Of a stretch of DNA of 64,000 bases, positions 51,437-61,059 are shown one piece after another; the stretch's first letter is position 1; the number at the start of each line of letters is the position of its first letter. The notes beneath the pieces are model-generated. The model saw only the letters and a list, made by a program, of their open reading frames with translations, made no database searches and was not told the DNA's origin. Both the position numbers and the translations under genes were made by a program. This DNA is from an uncultured Actinomycetota bacterium (GTDB lineage Bacteria > Actinomycetota > Actinomycetes > Propionibacteriales > Propionibacteriaceae): contig CAVOZV010000015.1 of NCBI GenBank assembly GCA_963701355.1, positions 138,680 through 202,679 of the forward strand. Direction: 5' to 3'.

Positions 51437-51835
51437 GTGCTGGAGTCCGACGACGGCCGCAGCATCGGCGCGATGCTGAGTGACGTCACCGCCAATGTGT
51501 CCACGTTGATGCAGCAAGAGCTGGCTTTGGCCAAGGCCGAGGCGCGGCAGTCCGCGACCCGGGCAGGCAAGGGCGTCGGAATGTTCGCCGGCGCCGGAGT
51601 GGCCGGGCTGTTGTTCCTGGTCTTCCTGTCCGTCAGCGCGTGGTGGGGGCTGGGTCAGTTCGTCGGCAACCAGTGGTCCGGGCTGATCGTGGCCGTCATC
51701 TGGGCCGTCGTCGCCGCTGTCCTGGTTTTGGTGGGCAAGAAGGAACTCGACCGGATCCGCGGCCTGGACCGGACCACCGAGACATTGAGCAAGATTCCGA
51801 ACGCCGTGAAAGGCCACGAAGAGGAGAACCGATGA
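51437..51835 (+). CDS. Holin-X-type (phage holin family, superfamily III) membrane protein
   Basis: SIGAMLSDVTANVSTLMQQELALAKAEARQ is followed by two TM helices (GMFAGAGVAGLLFLVFLSVSAWW and GLIVAVIWAVVAAVLVLVG). GTG 51437 is in-frame within ORF 50909-51835. Confidence 0.7.
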   Translation: MLESDDGRSIGAMLSDVTANVSTLMQQELALAKAEARQSATRAGKGVGMFAGAGVAGLLFLVFLSVSAWWGLGQFVGNQWSGLIVAVIWAVVAAVLVLVGKKELDRIRGLDRTTETLSKIPNAVKGHEEENR

Positions 51836-52453
51836 CCACCAGCAACGACCCGGATCAGATCCGCGCCGACATCGAACGGACCCGCGCCGAACTGAGCGAC
51901 AACGTCGACGCACTGACCGACACCGCGAATCCGAAGAACATCGCCAACCGGCAGGTCGACAAGGTCAAGGACGCCGCCCGCGGTGTCCGGGACAAGGTGA
52001 TGGGCTCCCCGGACGACCCCTACGACACCGGCACGCGTCGGCGATGCGCGGACTGCCGTCCAGGACCGGGCCTCCGCGGTCGGGACGCCGTGTCGAACGC
52101 GCCCGGCCAGCTCAAGCAGAAGGCCAGGGGCAACCCGTTGGCGGCCGGTCTGATCGCCTTCGGCGCCGGACTGTTGGTCTCCTCACTGATCCCGTCGTCG
52201 CAGCGGGAGCAGCAGGCGGTCTCGCAGCTCCAGCAGAACCTGGAGCCGTTGAAGGAGAAGGCCGTCGACGCAGCCAAGGAGATCGCCGGCAACCTCCAAG
52301 AGCCGGCCCAGCAGGCGGCCGAGCAGGTCAAGGCCACCGCGACCGACGCCGTCCAGAACGTCAAGGACGAAGGCGTCGCCGGCGAAGGACCAGGTCCAAG
52401 ACCAAGCACAGCAGGCCAAGGACACCGTGCAGGCCGAGCACGCACGCAGCTAA
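51832..52453 (+). CDS. DUF3618-like protein; about three frameshifts as sequenced
   Basis: MTTSNDPDQIRADIERTRAELSDNVDALTD... The ATG overlaps the upstream stop (ATGA). A compensated indel pair falls near ~52030/~52075. The native end is probably ...AKDQVQDQAQQAKDTVQAEHARS, with TAA at 52451-52453 after a switch near ~52385. Confidence 0.65.
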
Positions 52454-52490
52454 CACCCGACCGCGCGTGAAGCGCGGCGGACCGAAACAG

Positions 52491-53518
52491 ATGACGAGGA
52501 GCCAGCCGATGGCATCGACGCACCGCCCGGGTACCCGTACCGACACCGATCGGGTGCCCGGCGGTGACGCCGATAAACCGACCGACATCCCAGCCAAGGG
52601 CTGGCTCCAAGTCGTCAAACGCGGCTGGAAGGAATCCGGCGCCGACCAGGTGCCGCTGCTGGGGGCCGGGGTGGCCTTCTACGCCTTCCTCGCCCTGTTC
52701 CCGGCGCTGATCGCGGTGGTGTCGCTGTACGGGTTGTTCGCCGACCCGGCCGCGATCGCCGCACCAGATCGGCTCCATGACCTCCGCGCTGCCGCAGCAG
52801 GCGCAGACTCTCATCACCGATCAGGTCACCACCTAGACCACCCGCGGCCGTGCCACTCTCGGGATCGGCCTCATCCTCGTCAGTGCTGCTGGCGCTGTGG
52901 AGCGCCTCCAGCGGGGTCAGCAACCTGCTGACGGCCATCAACATCGCCTACGACGAAGACGAGGACCGCGGCTTCGTCAAGAAGCGGCTGCTCGCCCTCG
53001 CCGTCACCGTCGCCGCGATCGTGTTCATGGTGATCATGCTCGGGCTGGTCGCCGTCGTCCCGCCGCTGCTGGACCATCTGGTCGGCGACGGCCCGCTGCG
53101 TTGGATTCTGCAGATCGGCCGCTGGCTGCTGCTCGTCATCCTCGTCACCGGCGCACTGGCCGTCCTCTACCGACTGGCACCCGACCGGGCCGCCCCCAAG
53201 ATGCGGTGGGTATCCGTCGGCGCCGTCGTCGCCACCATCGTGTGGCTGGTTGCCTCGATCGGCTTCTCGCTGTACGTGTCGACCTTCGGCAACTACGCCA
53301 AGACCTACGGCGCCTTCGCCGGCATCGTCGTCACGCTGCTCTGGCTGTGGATCACCGCCTACGCCATCCTGCTCGGTGCAGAGATCAACGCCGAAGCCGA
53401 GCAACAAACCGTCACCGACACCACCAAAGGCCCAGACCGGCCCCGCGGTCAACGCCACGCCGTCAAAGCAGACTCCGCCCCCGGCGACGAAGCCGACCTC
53501 GAACCAGCCAACGCCTGA
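52491..53518 (+). pseudogene. YihY/BrkB-family membrane protein; two frameshifts plus an in-frame amber codon as sequenced
   Basis: WLQVVKRGWKESGADQVPLLGAGVAFYAFLALFPALIAVVSLYGLFADP is in frame 0. HQIGSMTSALPQQAQTLITDQVTT-TAG(52834-52836)-TTRGRATLGIGLIL is in frame 1. SVLLALWSASSGVSNLLTAINIAYDE...GAFAGIVVTLLWLWITAYAILLGAEINAE is in ORF 52850-53518. Confidence 0.75.
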
Positions 53519-53734
53519 CCAGCCGAGCCTCGGCCATCACCCGGTCCGCCGAGCGCGTCGAAGCTCACTCACCTGAATGACGGTCCTGATCGGGGGTACT
53601 ACCGAAGCAACAACCGAAAGGACGAGGCCGGCGATGGCTCGAGAATGTGGGCTCGCCGACCAGAACACCGTCCTGGACCGACTCGAAACACCGCTTCCCC
53701 ACGAGTTGCCGCCCGTCGCACCAGAAAGATCAAC

Positions 53735-53842
53735 ATGGCCTCGACGTCAGATACCCGAACAGCCGCACCAGCTCGCATCATCGCGGCGACCATCGCGATG
53801 ACGCTGCTGCTCAGTGCCGCGACATACAGGCTGGGCCGATGA
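53735..53842 (+). CDS. Possible 35-aa membrane micro-ORF coupled to the ADH gene
   Basis: MASTSDTRTAAPARIIAATIAMTLLLSAATYRLGR. Its TGA (53840-53842) overlaps the ADH ATG (ATGA). The SD is weak and third-position GC is only moderate. Confidence 0.3.
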   Translation: MASTSDTRTAAPARIIAATIAMTLLLSAATYRLGR

Positions 53843-55026
53843 AGGCGCTCACCTGGCAGGGCAAGGAGACAGTTCGCGTCGAGGAGGTTCCAGACCCGCG
53901 CATCGAGCAGCCGACCGACGCGGTGATCAAGGTGACGTCGGCGGCCATCTGTGGATCGGATCTGCACCTCTACTCGGTGCTGGGACCCTTTCTGGCCAAG
54001 GGAGACGTGCTGGGCCACGAGGCGATGGGTGTGGTCCAGGAGGTGGGAAGCGGCGTTGCGAACCTGTCGGTCGGCGACCGTGTCGTTGTGCCGTTCAACA
54101 TCTCGTGCGGGACCTGTTGGATGTGCAGCCGCGGCCTGTACGCCCAGTGTGAGACCACTCAGGTCCGTTCGCAGGGCAGTGGGGCGGCCTTGTTCGGTTA
54201 TACGTCACTGTACGGGTCGGTGCCCGGCGGACAGGCCGAGTTCCTGCGGGTTCCACAGGCCCAGTTCGGCCCGATCAAGGTGCCGGACGACGTCGCCGAC
54301 GAGCGGGTGTTGTATCTGTCCGACATCTTGCCGACCGCCTGGCAGGGTGTGGTCTACGCGGGCCTCGATCCCGACGGCGGCGAGACCCTGGTCGTGCTGG
54401 GGCTCGGTCCGGTTGGCCAGCTCGCCACCCGGATCGCGAAGCTGCAGGGCCAGCGGGTGATCGGCGTGGACCTCGTGCCGGAGCGGCTGGAGCTCGCCCG
54501 GTCGTACGGGATCGAGACCCTCGACCTGTCCCAGGTGGATGATGCCGCCGCCGCCCTCGTCGAGCTGACCGATGGGCGTGGGCCTGATGCGGTCCTCGAG
54601 GCGGTGGGCATGGAGGCGCACGGCTCGCCGGTCGAGTCGACCGCGATCAGGGCCGTCGGGCTGCTGCCGGATCGGCTGGCGGCACCATTGATCAAGTCGG
54701 TCGGGATCGATCGGATGGCTGCGCTCGACACGGCGTTCCGGGCGGTGCGGCGCGGCGGCGTGGTCTCGATCAGCGGGGTGTACGGCGGCCAGGCCGATCC
54801 GCTGCCGATGATGAGTCTGTTCGACAAAGGCGTGACACTGCGGATGGGTCAGTGTCACGTGAAGCGATGGATCGACGATATCTGGCCGGTCCTGATGTCC
54901 GACGGCGATCCGCTCGGCGTGGAGACGTTGGCCACTCATCGGCCGCCGTTGAGCGAGGCCGCCGAGGCGTACGCCATGTTCCAGGCCAAGGCGGACGGCT
55001 GCGTCAAGGTCGTGCTCAAACCGTGA
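53839..55026 (+). CDS. Zinc-dependent alcohol/formaldehyde dehydrogenase-like oxidoreductase (MDR family)
   Basis: MKALTWQGKETVRVEEV..., AAICGSDLHLY, GHEAMGVVQEVG, structural-zinc CGTCWMCSRGLYAQC, and VLGLGPVGQLA. Confidence 0.85.
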   Translation: MKALTWQGKETVRVEEVPDPRIEQPTDAVIKVTSAAICGSDLHLYSVLGPFLAKGDVLGHEAMGVVQEVGSGVANLSVGDRVVVPFNISCGTCWMCSRGLYAQCETTQVRSQGSGAALFGYTSLYGSVPGGQAEFLRVPQAQFGPIKVPDDVADERVLYLSDILPTAWQGVVYAGLDPDGGETLVVLGLGPVGQLATRIAKLQGQRVIGVDLVPERLELARSYGIETLDLSQVDDAAAALVELTDGRGPDAVLEAVGMEAHGSPVESTAIRAVGLLPDRLAAPLIKSVGIDRMAALDTAFRAVRRGGVVSISGVYGGQADPLPMMSLFDKGVTLRMGQCHVKRWIDDIWPVLMSDGDPLGVETLATHRPPLSEAAEAYAMFQAKADGCVKVVLKP

Positions 55027-55976
55027 CCGATGCCGCCGCACCGCTCGCCCTGCTGGCGGGCGCCTCACGCGGGCTCGGACTGGCACTGGCGCACGAACTC
55101 GGCTCCCGGGGCTATCGACTGGCCATCTGTGCACGTGATGAGCGGGAACTTGATCGCGCCGCCGATGACCTTCGGCGCCGCGGCCATCAGGTCCATACCG
55201 AGGTGGTCGATGTCGCCGACCGCGACGGCGTGACCCGCTGGGTGAGCGATGTCGAGGAGGAGGTCGGTGCCATCGAGGTGATGATCTGTGTGGCCGGCAT
55301 CATCCAGGTCGGCCCGTTGGACGATCTCGACCGGTCACTGTTCGGCGAGGCGATCGACGTCATGCTCTGGGGGCCGGTGAACACCGCGCTGGCGGTGCTG
55401 CCGGCCATGCGGCGACGCGGTCGCGGTCGGATCGGGATCATCACCTCTGTGGGTGGCCTACTCGCTGCCCCGCACCTGTTGCCCTACTCGACGGCCAAGT
55501 TCGGCGCGGTCGGCTTCAGCCGCGGGCTGCGCTCGGAGCTGGTCGGGACCGGAGTCAGCGTCACCACGGTGGCCCCTGGCCTGATGCGGACCGGATCTCA
55601 TCAGCGGGCGAGCTTCGTCGGCGACCATGGGCGGGAGTACGCGTGGTTCGCCGCGGCGGCATCGCTACCGCTGCTCTCCATGGACGCGGATCGCGCCGCC
55701 CGACGGATCGTCGAGGCGGTCCTGCGAGGCCGGGCCAATCTGCTGCTCACGCCGCTGGCTCAGATCGCATCCCGGTTTGCGGTGCTGGCACCCAATCTGA
55801 CGGCAGCACTGCTGGCACTGACGGTCCGGCTGCTGCCGAGGTCCGTCGGCGCGATCGAGGGTGCCCGCCCGGTGGAGGGTCGGGCCGCCCGAGAGCGGCT
55901 GTCACCCAGGTCACGGACAGTGCTGGACAAGATCACGACCCCGGGTGACCGGGCCGCACGACGGTTTCTGCAGTGA
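55023..55976 (+). CDS. SDR-family oxidoreductase
   Basis: GTG 55023 overlaps the ADH stop (GTGA). LLAGASRGLGLALA is the cofactor motif and YSTAKFGAVGFS is the YxxxK motif. Confidence 0.8.
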   Translation: MTDAAAPLALLAGASRGLGLALAHELGSRGYRLAICARDERELDRAADDLRRRGHQVHTEVVDVADRDGVTRWVSDVEEEVGAIEVMICVAGIIQVGPLDDLDRSLFGEAIDVMLWGPVNTALAVLPAMRRRGRGRIGIITSVGGLLAAPHLLPYSTAKFGAVGFSRGLRSELVGTGVSVTTVAPGLMRTGSHQRASFVGDHGREYAWFAAAASLPLLSMDADRAARRIVEAVLRGRANLLLTPLAQIASRFAVLAPNLTAALLALTVRLLPRSVGAIEGARPVEGRAARERLSPRSRTVLDKITTPGDRAARRFLQ

Positions 55977-56001
55977 GCGGCCGGACTGCCCAGGTTGCGC
56001 G

Positions 56002-57008
56002 ATGATCGGCTACTACGTCCACCACCACGGTTCCGGACATCTGCATCGTGCTCTGGCGATCAACCGGGTGGCGCGGGTCGAGATGACCGGATTGTCCAGT
56101 CTGCCCCGACCGTCGGGCTGGACCGGGGACTGGCTCCGGCTTCCTCTTGACGTGGACAGAGTCGACGGCATCCATGCCGCAGTCGACTGGGACATCACCG
56201 CGAACGGCCGTCTGCACTATGTCCCGTTGGCCTCGAACGGTCTGCGCCGACGGATGTCCATGATCAGCGGGTGGATCGATCGGGAGCAGCCGGGCGCTGT
56301 GGTGGTCGACGTGTCGGTCGAGGTTGCGTTGGCCGTCCGGCTCCACGGCATCCCGGTGCTGGTCGTTGCTCAGCCGGGGCATCGCGGCGACCCGGCGCAC
56401 CGGCTCGGGTACGACGTCGCGAGCGGCGTCATCGCCTTGTGGCCACGTCGGTGCGGTGAACTCTGGGATGCTGCCGGTGACGACCTTGCCAAGACCCATT
56501 TCGTGGGCGCGCTCAGCCGATACTCGCCCCCGCGCCAGCGACCCGCGACGGAAGGCGGCGCGTCGTGGTCCTGAACGGTACCGGTGGCCGGGGTGTCGAT
56601 CCGGCAGGCGTCGAGCGGGCTCGCTCCGCGACCCCTGGATGGGAATGGGTCGTTCTCGACCGGGCGCACGGCACCTGGGTGCTCTCCTCGTCGGTCTGGG
56701 CCGAGCCTTTCGGGCTGTCTCTGGTCGAGGCGATGTCGTGCGGCACGCCGGTGGCGGCGTTCGCAACGGGCGCCGCGGCCGAGATCGTGAGCATCCGGGC
56801 AGGAGCATTGGCCACTGAGGAAACCGCGGAGGCACTAACTATCGCTATCCACACTGCCCGCCGATGCGACCGCGGACAAGTGCGCGCCCAAGCCGAATCG
56901 TTCGATGCCTCGACCATGATCGATCGCTACGAGGCTCTGATGGCCAGCATGATCGACACGCCACCGGAGTCCCGCCTCCGCAGATGGAAGAGACCGGTGA
57001 CGGCATGA
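56002..57008 (+). CDS. GT-B glycosyltransferase, apparently chimeric (GT28-like front, GT4-type C-terminus), one frameshift near ~56545
   Basis: MIGYYVHHHGSGHLHRALAI...VVVDVSVEVALAVRLHGIPVLVV is in ORF 55861-56574. RVVVLNGTGGRGVD...WEWVVLDRAHGTWV is followed directly by LSSSVWAEPFGLSLVEAMSCGTPVAAFATGAAAEIV...FDASTMIDRYEAL, a GT4-like E-x7-E region, in ORF 56565-57008. Confidence 0.6.
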
Positions 57009-57091
57009 CCGGTATTCCAACCGGACACGGGCGGTTTCGGCGCGCCGGCAACGAGTACGGACGATCCGCACGGTGGAAGGGAGATCGACAG

Positions 57092-57871
57092 ATGTTGAAC
57101 GATCCCGCAGTGCTCCGCGTGGTGACACCGTCCGGGCTGCCGGTGGAGGCGTGGCGGCCGTTGATCGAGGCCGCGCCCGAGGTGTCGATCCGCGAGCTGG
57201 CCCAACGGCTCGGGGCGGTCGACAACACGTCGTTGATCGTCTTCTCCGCCCATCCCGACGACGAGACGATCGGCTGCGGCCGGCTGATCGCGCAGTGGGT
57301 CGAACAGATCGGCCCGTGCGCCGCGGTCCTGGCCACCCTGGGCGAGGCCTGTGTCGATCACGTCACGGACCGCCCGGAAGGTCTCGCCGGTCGTCGGTTG
57401 CAGGAGTGGCGATCGGCCACCCACCGGCTCGGCGTGACCCAGTCGACGGTGCTCGACCTCGCCGACGGCCGGCTCGGCAAGGACCGTCACAGCTTGCGGA
57501 AGAGGATCGATGTCGTGCTCGGTCAGATCGAGGGGACCGGTCCACCGCCGGTCCTCGTCGCACCGTACGCGCGCGATCCGCATCCCGATCATCGTGCGGT
57601 CGGCAGCGTCGTCGCGCGGGCCGGCCGCCGACGCCGCTGGCCCGTCCTGCACTATCCGATCTGGATGACCTACTGGACCGACCCCACCCGCTTCACCGAC
57701 TCCCTGCTCCGGGTCCGCGCGACCACGCTCGCGGATCAGACGTACGGCGAGGCCGTGGCCTGCTTCACGAGTCAGCTCGAGCCGCTCGGTCCCGACCTGA
57801 CCCCGGTCGTTCCGGGGGAGATGCTCGCCCACCACACCGGCCAGCTCCTCGTCTCCGGCGCAGCCCGGTGA
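57092..57871 (+). CDS. PIG-L/LmbE-family N-acetylglucosaminyl deacetylase
   Basis: SD GGAAGGGAGA sits before ATG 57092. Motifs: LIVFSAHPDDETIGCG and RDPHPDHRAVG. Confidence 0.8.
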   Translation: MLNDPAVLRVVTPSGLPVEAWRPLIEAAPEVSIRELAQRLGAVDNTSLIVFSAHPDDETIGCGRLIAQWVEQIGPCAAVLATLGEACVDHVTDRPEGLAGRRLQEWRSATHRLGVTQSTVLDLADGRLGKDRHSLRKRIDVVLGQIEGTGPPPVLVAPYARDPHPDHRAVGSVVARAGRRRRWPVLHYPIWMTYWTDPTRFTDSLLRVRATTLADQTYGEAVACFTSQLEPLGPDLTPVVPGEMLAHHTGQLLVSGAAR

Positions 57872-58461
57872 GCGGGCCGCCGGACTTCGAGGCGCTCTAT
57901 CGGAACGATCCCGACCCGTGGCAGGTGGCAACCAACTGGTACGAACAGCGCAAGATCGACATCGTGCTGGCCTGCCTGAGTCGACCTCGATATGACTTCG
58001 CCTGGGATCCCGCCTGCGGCACCGGCCATCTGGCCCTTCGGCTGGCCGCCCGGGCCGATCTGGTCTGGGCCGGGGATGCCTCCGCGACCGCGACCTCCCT
58101 GACCAGGAAGCGATGTGCGAGCTTGTCCAATGTCATCGTCCGGGAACACACGCTGCCGGACCCGCCTCCCTCCGATCTTCGCGACCGGCCAGATCTGATC
58201 GTGCTGAGCGAGGTCTTCTACTACCTCGACGACGCGTTGCGGCGCCAGACGCTGGAGATGATCGACCGGCAGTCCGCGCCTCACGGCGAACTGATCTCCG
58301 TGCACTGGCGCCATGCCCCGCACGACGCCTGGCTCAGCGGAGCCGGAGCCCAGGCCGAGATCGTCGGGCAGCTCACGCAGCTCGGCTGGTCGCATCTTGT
58401 CCGCCACCGCGACGCCGAGTTCTCCCTCGACCTGCTGAGCCGCTCCGGCGGCGTCGGGTGA
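57868..58461 (+). CDS. Class I SAM-dependent methyltransferase (NodS-like)
   Basis: GTG 57868 overlaps the upstream stop (GTGA). FEALYRNDPDPWQVATNWYEQRK, with motif I AWDPACGTGHLALRLA. Confidence 0.75.
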   Translation: MSGPPDFEALYRNDPDPWQVATNWYEQRKIDIVLACLSRPRYDFAWDPACGTGHLALRLAARADLVWAGDASATATSLTRKRCASLSNVIVREHTLPDPPPSDLRDRPDLIVLSEVFYYLDDALRRQTLEMIDRQSAPHGELISVHWRHAPHDAWLSGAGAQAEIVGQLTQLGWSHLVRHRDAEFSLDLLSRSGGVG

Positions 58462-59513
58462 CCGGGCCGCACCCGACCGAGCCCGTCGGTACCGCAGCAC
58501 TGTCGATCATCACCCCACTACCGGCCGCGCACCACCTGCCGCCGCAGTATGACCGCCACCACCCGACGACCGAGGCGCAGCGCAGCATCCTGACCGCGCT
58601 GACCGCCGCGATCGACTGGCCGGAACGAACCTGGACCGATCTCGTGGATCGGCTGCTCGCGCTCGGTCGCACCGACATCCCCGTGTCCAGGCTGGCCGAA
58701 GGCCATATCGACGCGCTGCGCATCCTGGCTCAGGCGGGGACGAGGCCCCGGCCACGATCCGCCGGACCCGATCCCGCGCTGTACGGGGTCTGGGCCTCAC
58801 GTTCGATGCGGAGCGGAGTCTCGGGCCAGCAGTGTGCCGATGGACGCCTTCGCCTCGACGGCACGATCAGATTCGCCTCCGGCGCCGGACTGCTGGACCG
58901 GGCTCTGGTGCCGGTGTGGACAGACGCCGAGCATCACCTGCTGATCGATCTGCCGACCGACGGGCTGCCGGTCGACGCGTCGGTGTGGCGGACGGGCGCG
59001 ATGGCGGCCAGCCGGACGTACGAGCTGGCGATCAACGACGTCATCGTCCAACCCGACCAGATCGTCGGCCCGCTCGACTTCTATCTCCACCGGCCCGGCT
59101 TCTTTCCCGGCGGGGTCGGCGTCGCGGCCTGCTGGACCGGCGGCGCGGCCCGCATCGTCGACCTGCTCCGCTCCAGACACCCCACCATGACGTCGGCCCA
59201 GCAGCGAAGACTCGGCACCATTCGTACCGACCTCGTCTGCGCTACGGCGGCGGTGCGGCTGGCCGCCGAGCACCTCGACACGCGATCTGCCGGCGAACCG
59301 GTCGACTGGCAGAGCCTGGCGACCGAGGCACGCGCGTGCGCGGCCGCCGCCATTCGCCGGATCATCACCGAGGCGCGGCTGCTGACCGGGCCGGCCGGAG
59401 TAGCGATGGACGACGAGCTCGCGCACGCGCTACCCGACCTCGAGCTGTACGTCCTCCAGCAGAACGCCGACGCCGACGCCACGCTCCTCGGCGACCCCGA
59501 ACGGATCCCGTGA
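58458..59513 (+). CDS. Acyl-CoA dehydrogenase-like protein
   Basis: GTG 58458 overlaps the upstream stop (GTGA). 351 aa, with ACAD-like middle and C-terminal features (VWASRS...LRLDGTIRFASGAGLLDRALV, ...TGPAGVAMDDELAHALPDLELYVLQ). The family call is tentative. Confidence 0.55.
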   Translation: MTGPHPTEPVGTAALSIITPLPAAHHLPPQYDRHHPTTEAQRSILTALTAAIDWPERTWTDLVDRLLALGRTDIPVSRLAEGHIDALRILAQAGTRPRPRSAGPDPALYGVWASRSMRSGVSGQQCADGRLRLDGTIRFASGAGLLDRALVPVWTDAEHHLLIDLPTDGLPVDASVWRTGAMAASRTYELAINDVIVQPDQIVGPLDFYLHRPGFFPGGVGVAACWTGGAARIVDLLRSRHPTMTSAQQRRLGTIRTDLVCATAAVRLAAEHLDTRSAGEPVDWQSLATEARACAAAAIRRIITEARLLTGPAGVAMDDELAHALPDLELYVLQQNADADATLLGDPERIP

Positions 59514-60283
59514 GTACAGCCGTCCTGGTGGCGATCCCGGCCCACGACGAGGCCGAAAGCATCGCCGGATGTCTCCGATCCGTGATCGACAGCCTCCAGG
59601 CCGCCATCGGCAGCGGGACGATACGGCGGGCCAGGATCGCGGTCGCCGCCCACCGCTGTTCCGATGACACGGCCGGCATCGCCCGAGACGTGCTAGCGGA
59701 CGCAGGCGTCGAGCACCTGGTCCGAGTCGTCGATCGACACTCCGGAGTCGGCCTCGTCCGAACCGGGCTCGTCCTCCAGGCGCTGGCTGCCGGGCGGCAG
59801 ATGGACCCCCATCACACCTGGATCTTCTCCACCGATGCCGACACGGTCGTACCCCAGGACTGGGTCGTCAACACCCTGACCATCGCCACCGCCACCGGCG
59901 CCGACCTGGTCGCCGGACTGGCCGACCTGGACGACTGGACGGCCCCGGCCGCAGCGCGGACCGCATACGCCGAACTGATCGAATCGGGAATCGTCAGCAA
60001 CGGCCGACACTCCCATATCTATGCAGCCAACCTGGCCGTCCGCGCCGACCGGTTTCTCCAGGTCGGCGGTTTCCCGGATCGCCTGCACGGTGAGGAACAC
60101 GGTCTGCTCGACGCCGTCCAACGCTCCGGGGGACTCACGGTCCAAACCACCGCGTCCCGGGTCCGCACCTCCGCCCGAATGCCCGGACGCGCCGAACACG
60201 GCCTCGGCGCACTGCTCGGCCGGCTTGCCGCAGCCCAGCCCGGCGCCTACGGACTCCGGGCGGCCGGCCGTCCTGAGCCCTGA
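59510..60283 (+). CDS. GT2-family glycosyltransferase
   Basis: GTG 59510 overlaps the upstream stop (GTGA). AVLVAIPAHDEAESIAGCL, with DxD-type FSTDADTVV. Confidence 0.75.
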   Translation: MSTAVLVAIPAHDEAESIAGCLRSVIDSLQAAIGSGTIRRARIAVAAHRCSDDTAGIARDVLADAGVEHLVRVVDRHSGVGLVRTGLVLQALAAGRQMDPHHTWIFSTDADTVVPQDWVVNTLTIATATGADLVAGLADLDDWTAPAAARTAYAELIESGIVSNGRHSHIYAANLAVRADRFLQVGGFPDRLHGEEHGLLDAVQRSGGLTVQTTASRVRTSARMPGRAEHGLGALLGRLAAAQPGAYGLRAAGRPEP

Positions 60284-60400
60284 CGCCGGCCGGCCGGGGT
60301 CAGCCTCCGACGAGAGGTTTCTGCGTTCAACCCAGTACCCACTCCAAGCGATCGTGGTTCTCGGCGATCCCGGCCCACCGGGCGGATCATGCTGCAATGG

Positions 60401-60860
60401 TCATCCGCCGGCCAGCGGCCGCCAGACATAGTGCATCGGTGCGCCTGTCGCCGGGATGATCAGGTCGTCGCCGCGAGCGAAGCCGTGCCGCAGATAGAAC
60501 TCGACAGCCGTCGGGCGGGCGGTCGCCCAGACCAGATCGGCGTTCCGGGCCCGCAGCTCGGCGATCAATGCCTCCAGCAGTCATCTGTCCGTAGCCGCGG
60601 CCACGGTACGCGGCGTCGATCGCCATCGAGTGCAGGTGGAACGGCCGTTCAGCCGCGCGGCTCGGCATCTGCTGGCCCGGCAGCTGCTGAGCGGTCACAC
60701 TCACACAGCCGATCACCCGCTCCCCGTCGACCAGGGCGAGATGGTCGGCCGTCGCGTCGTGTGGCCAGATCACGGGCCTGCCCGGATGACCCGGGGTGAG
60801 CGCGGCGTCGCGCAGCTCCAGCAGCTCGGTAAGCCGGGCGCGACGGATCTCCACCACCAC
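60401..60860 (-). CDS. GNAT-family N-acetyltransferase; one frameshift near ~60585 as sequenced
   Basis: Minus strand: VVEIRRARLTELLELRDAAL...ERVIGCVSV...FHLHSMAIDAAYRGRGYGQ is motif A. After the switch it reads LLEALIAELRARNADLVWATARPTAVEFYLRHGF...MHYVWRPLAGG, with the stop at 60401-60403. Confidence 0.7.
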
Positions 60861-61059
60861 CCGAGGATCGCAGGCTGAGCTCGACGCGGTCGATCGGACG
60901 GCGTACGGAAGCCGCCGCGGACCGTGCCTGAGGCCGGCTGCAGAGTCTCTCGGCAGGGTCGCGGAGGACTCAACCATCGTTCGGTGCCATCGAGTCGACC
61001 ACCGGATCGTGCTCGGGCCTCGCCCGGGCGGACGCTGAGCGCGGCGATAGCCTCGAGGC

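Noticed and set aside
51437-53518. Prophage or lysis cassette, suggested by the phage holin family label.
   Set aside because: There is no endolysin, terminase, capsid, integrase or att repeat. Holin-X / DUF3618 / YihY is, to my knowledge, a common chromosomal actinobacterial trio.
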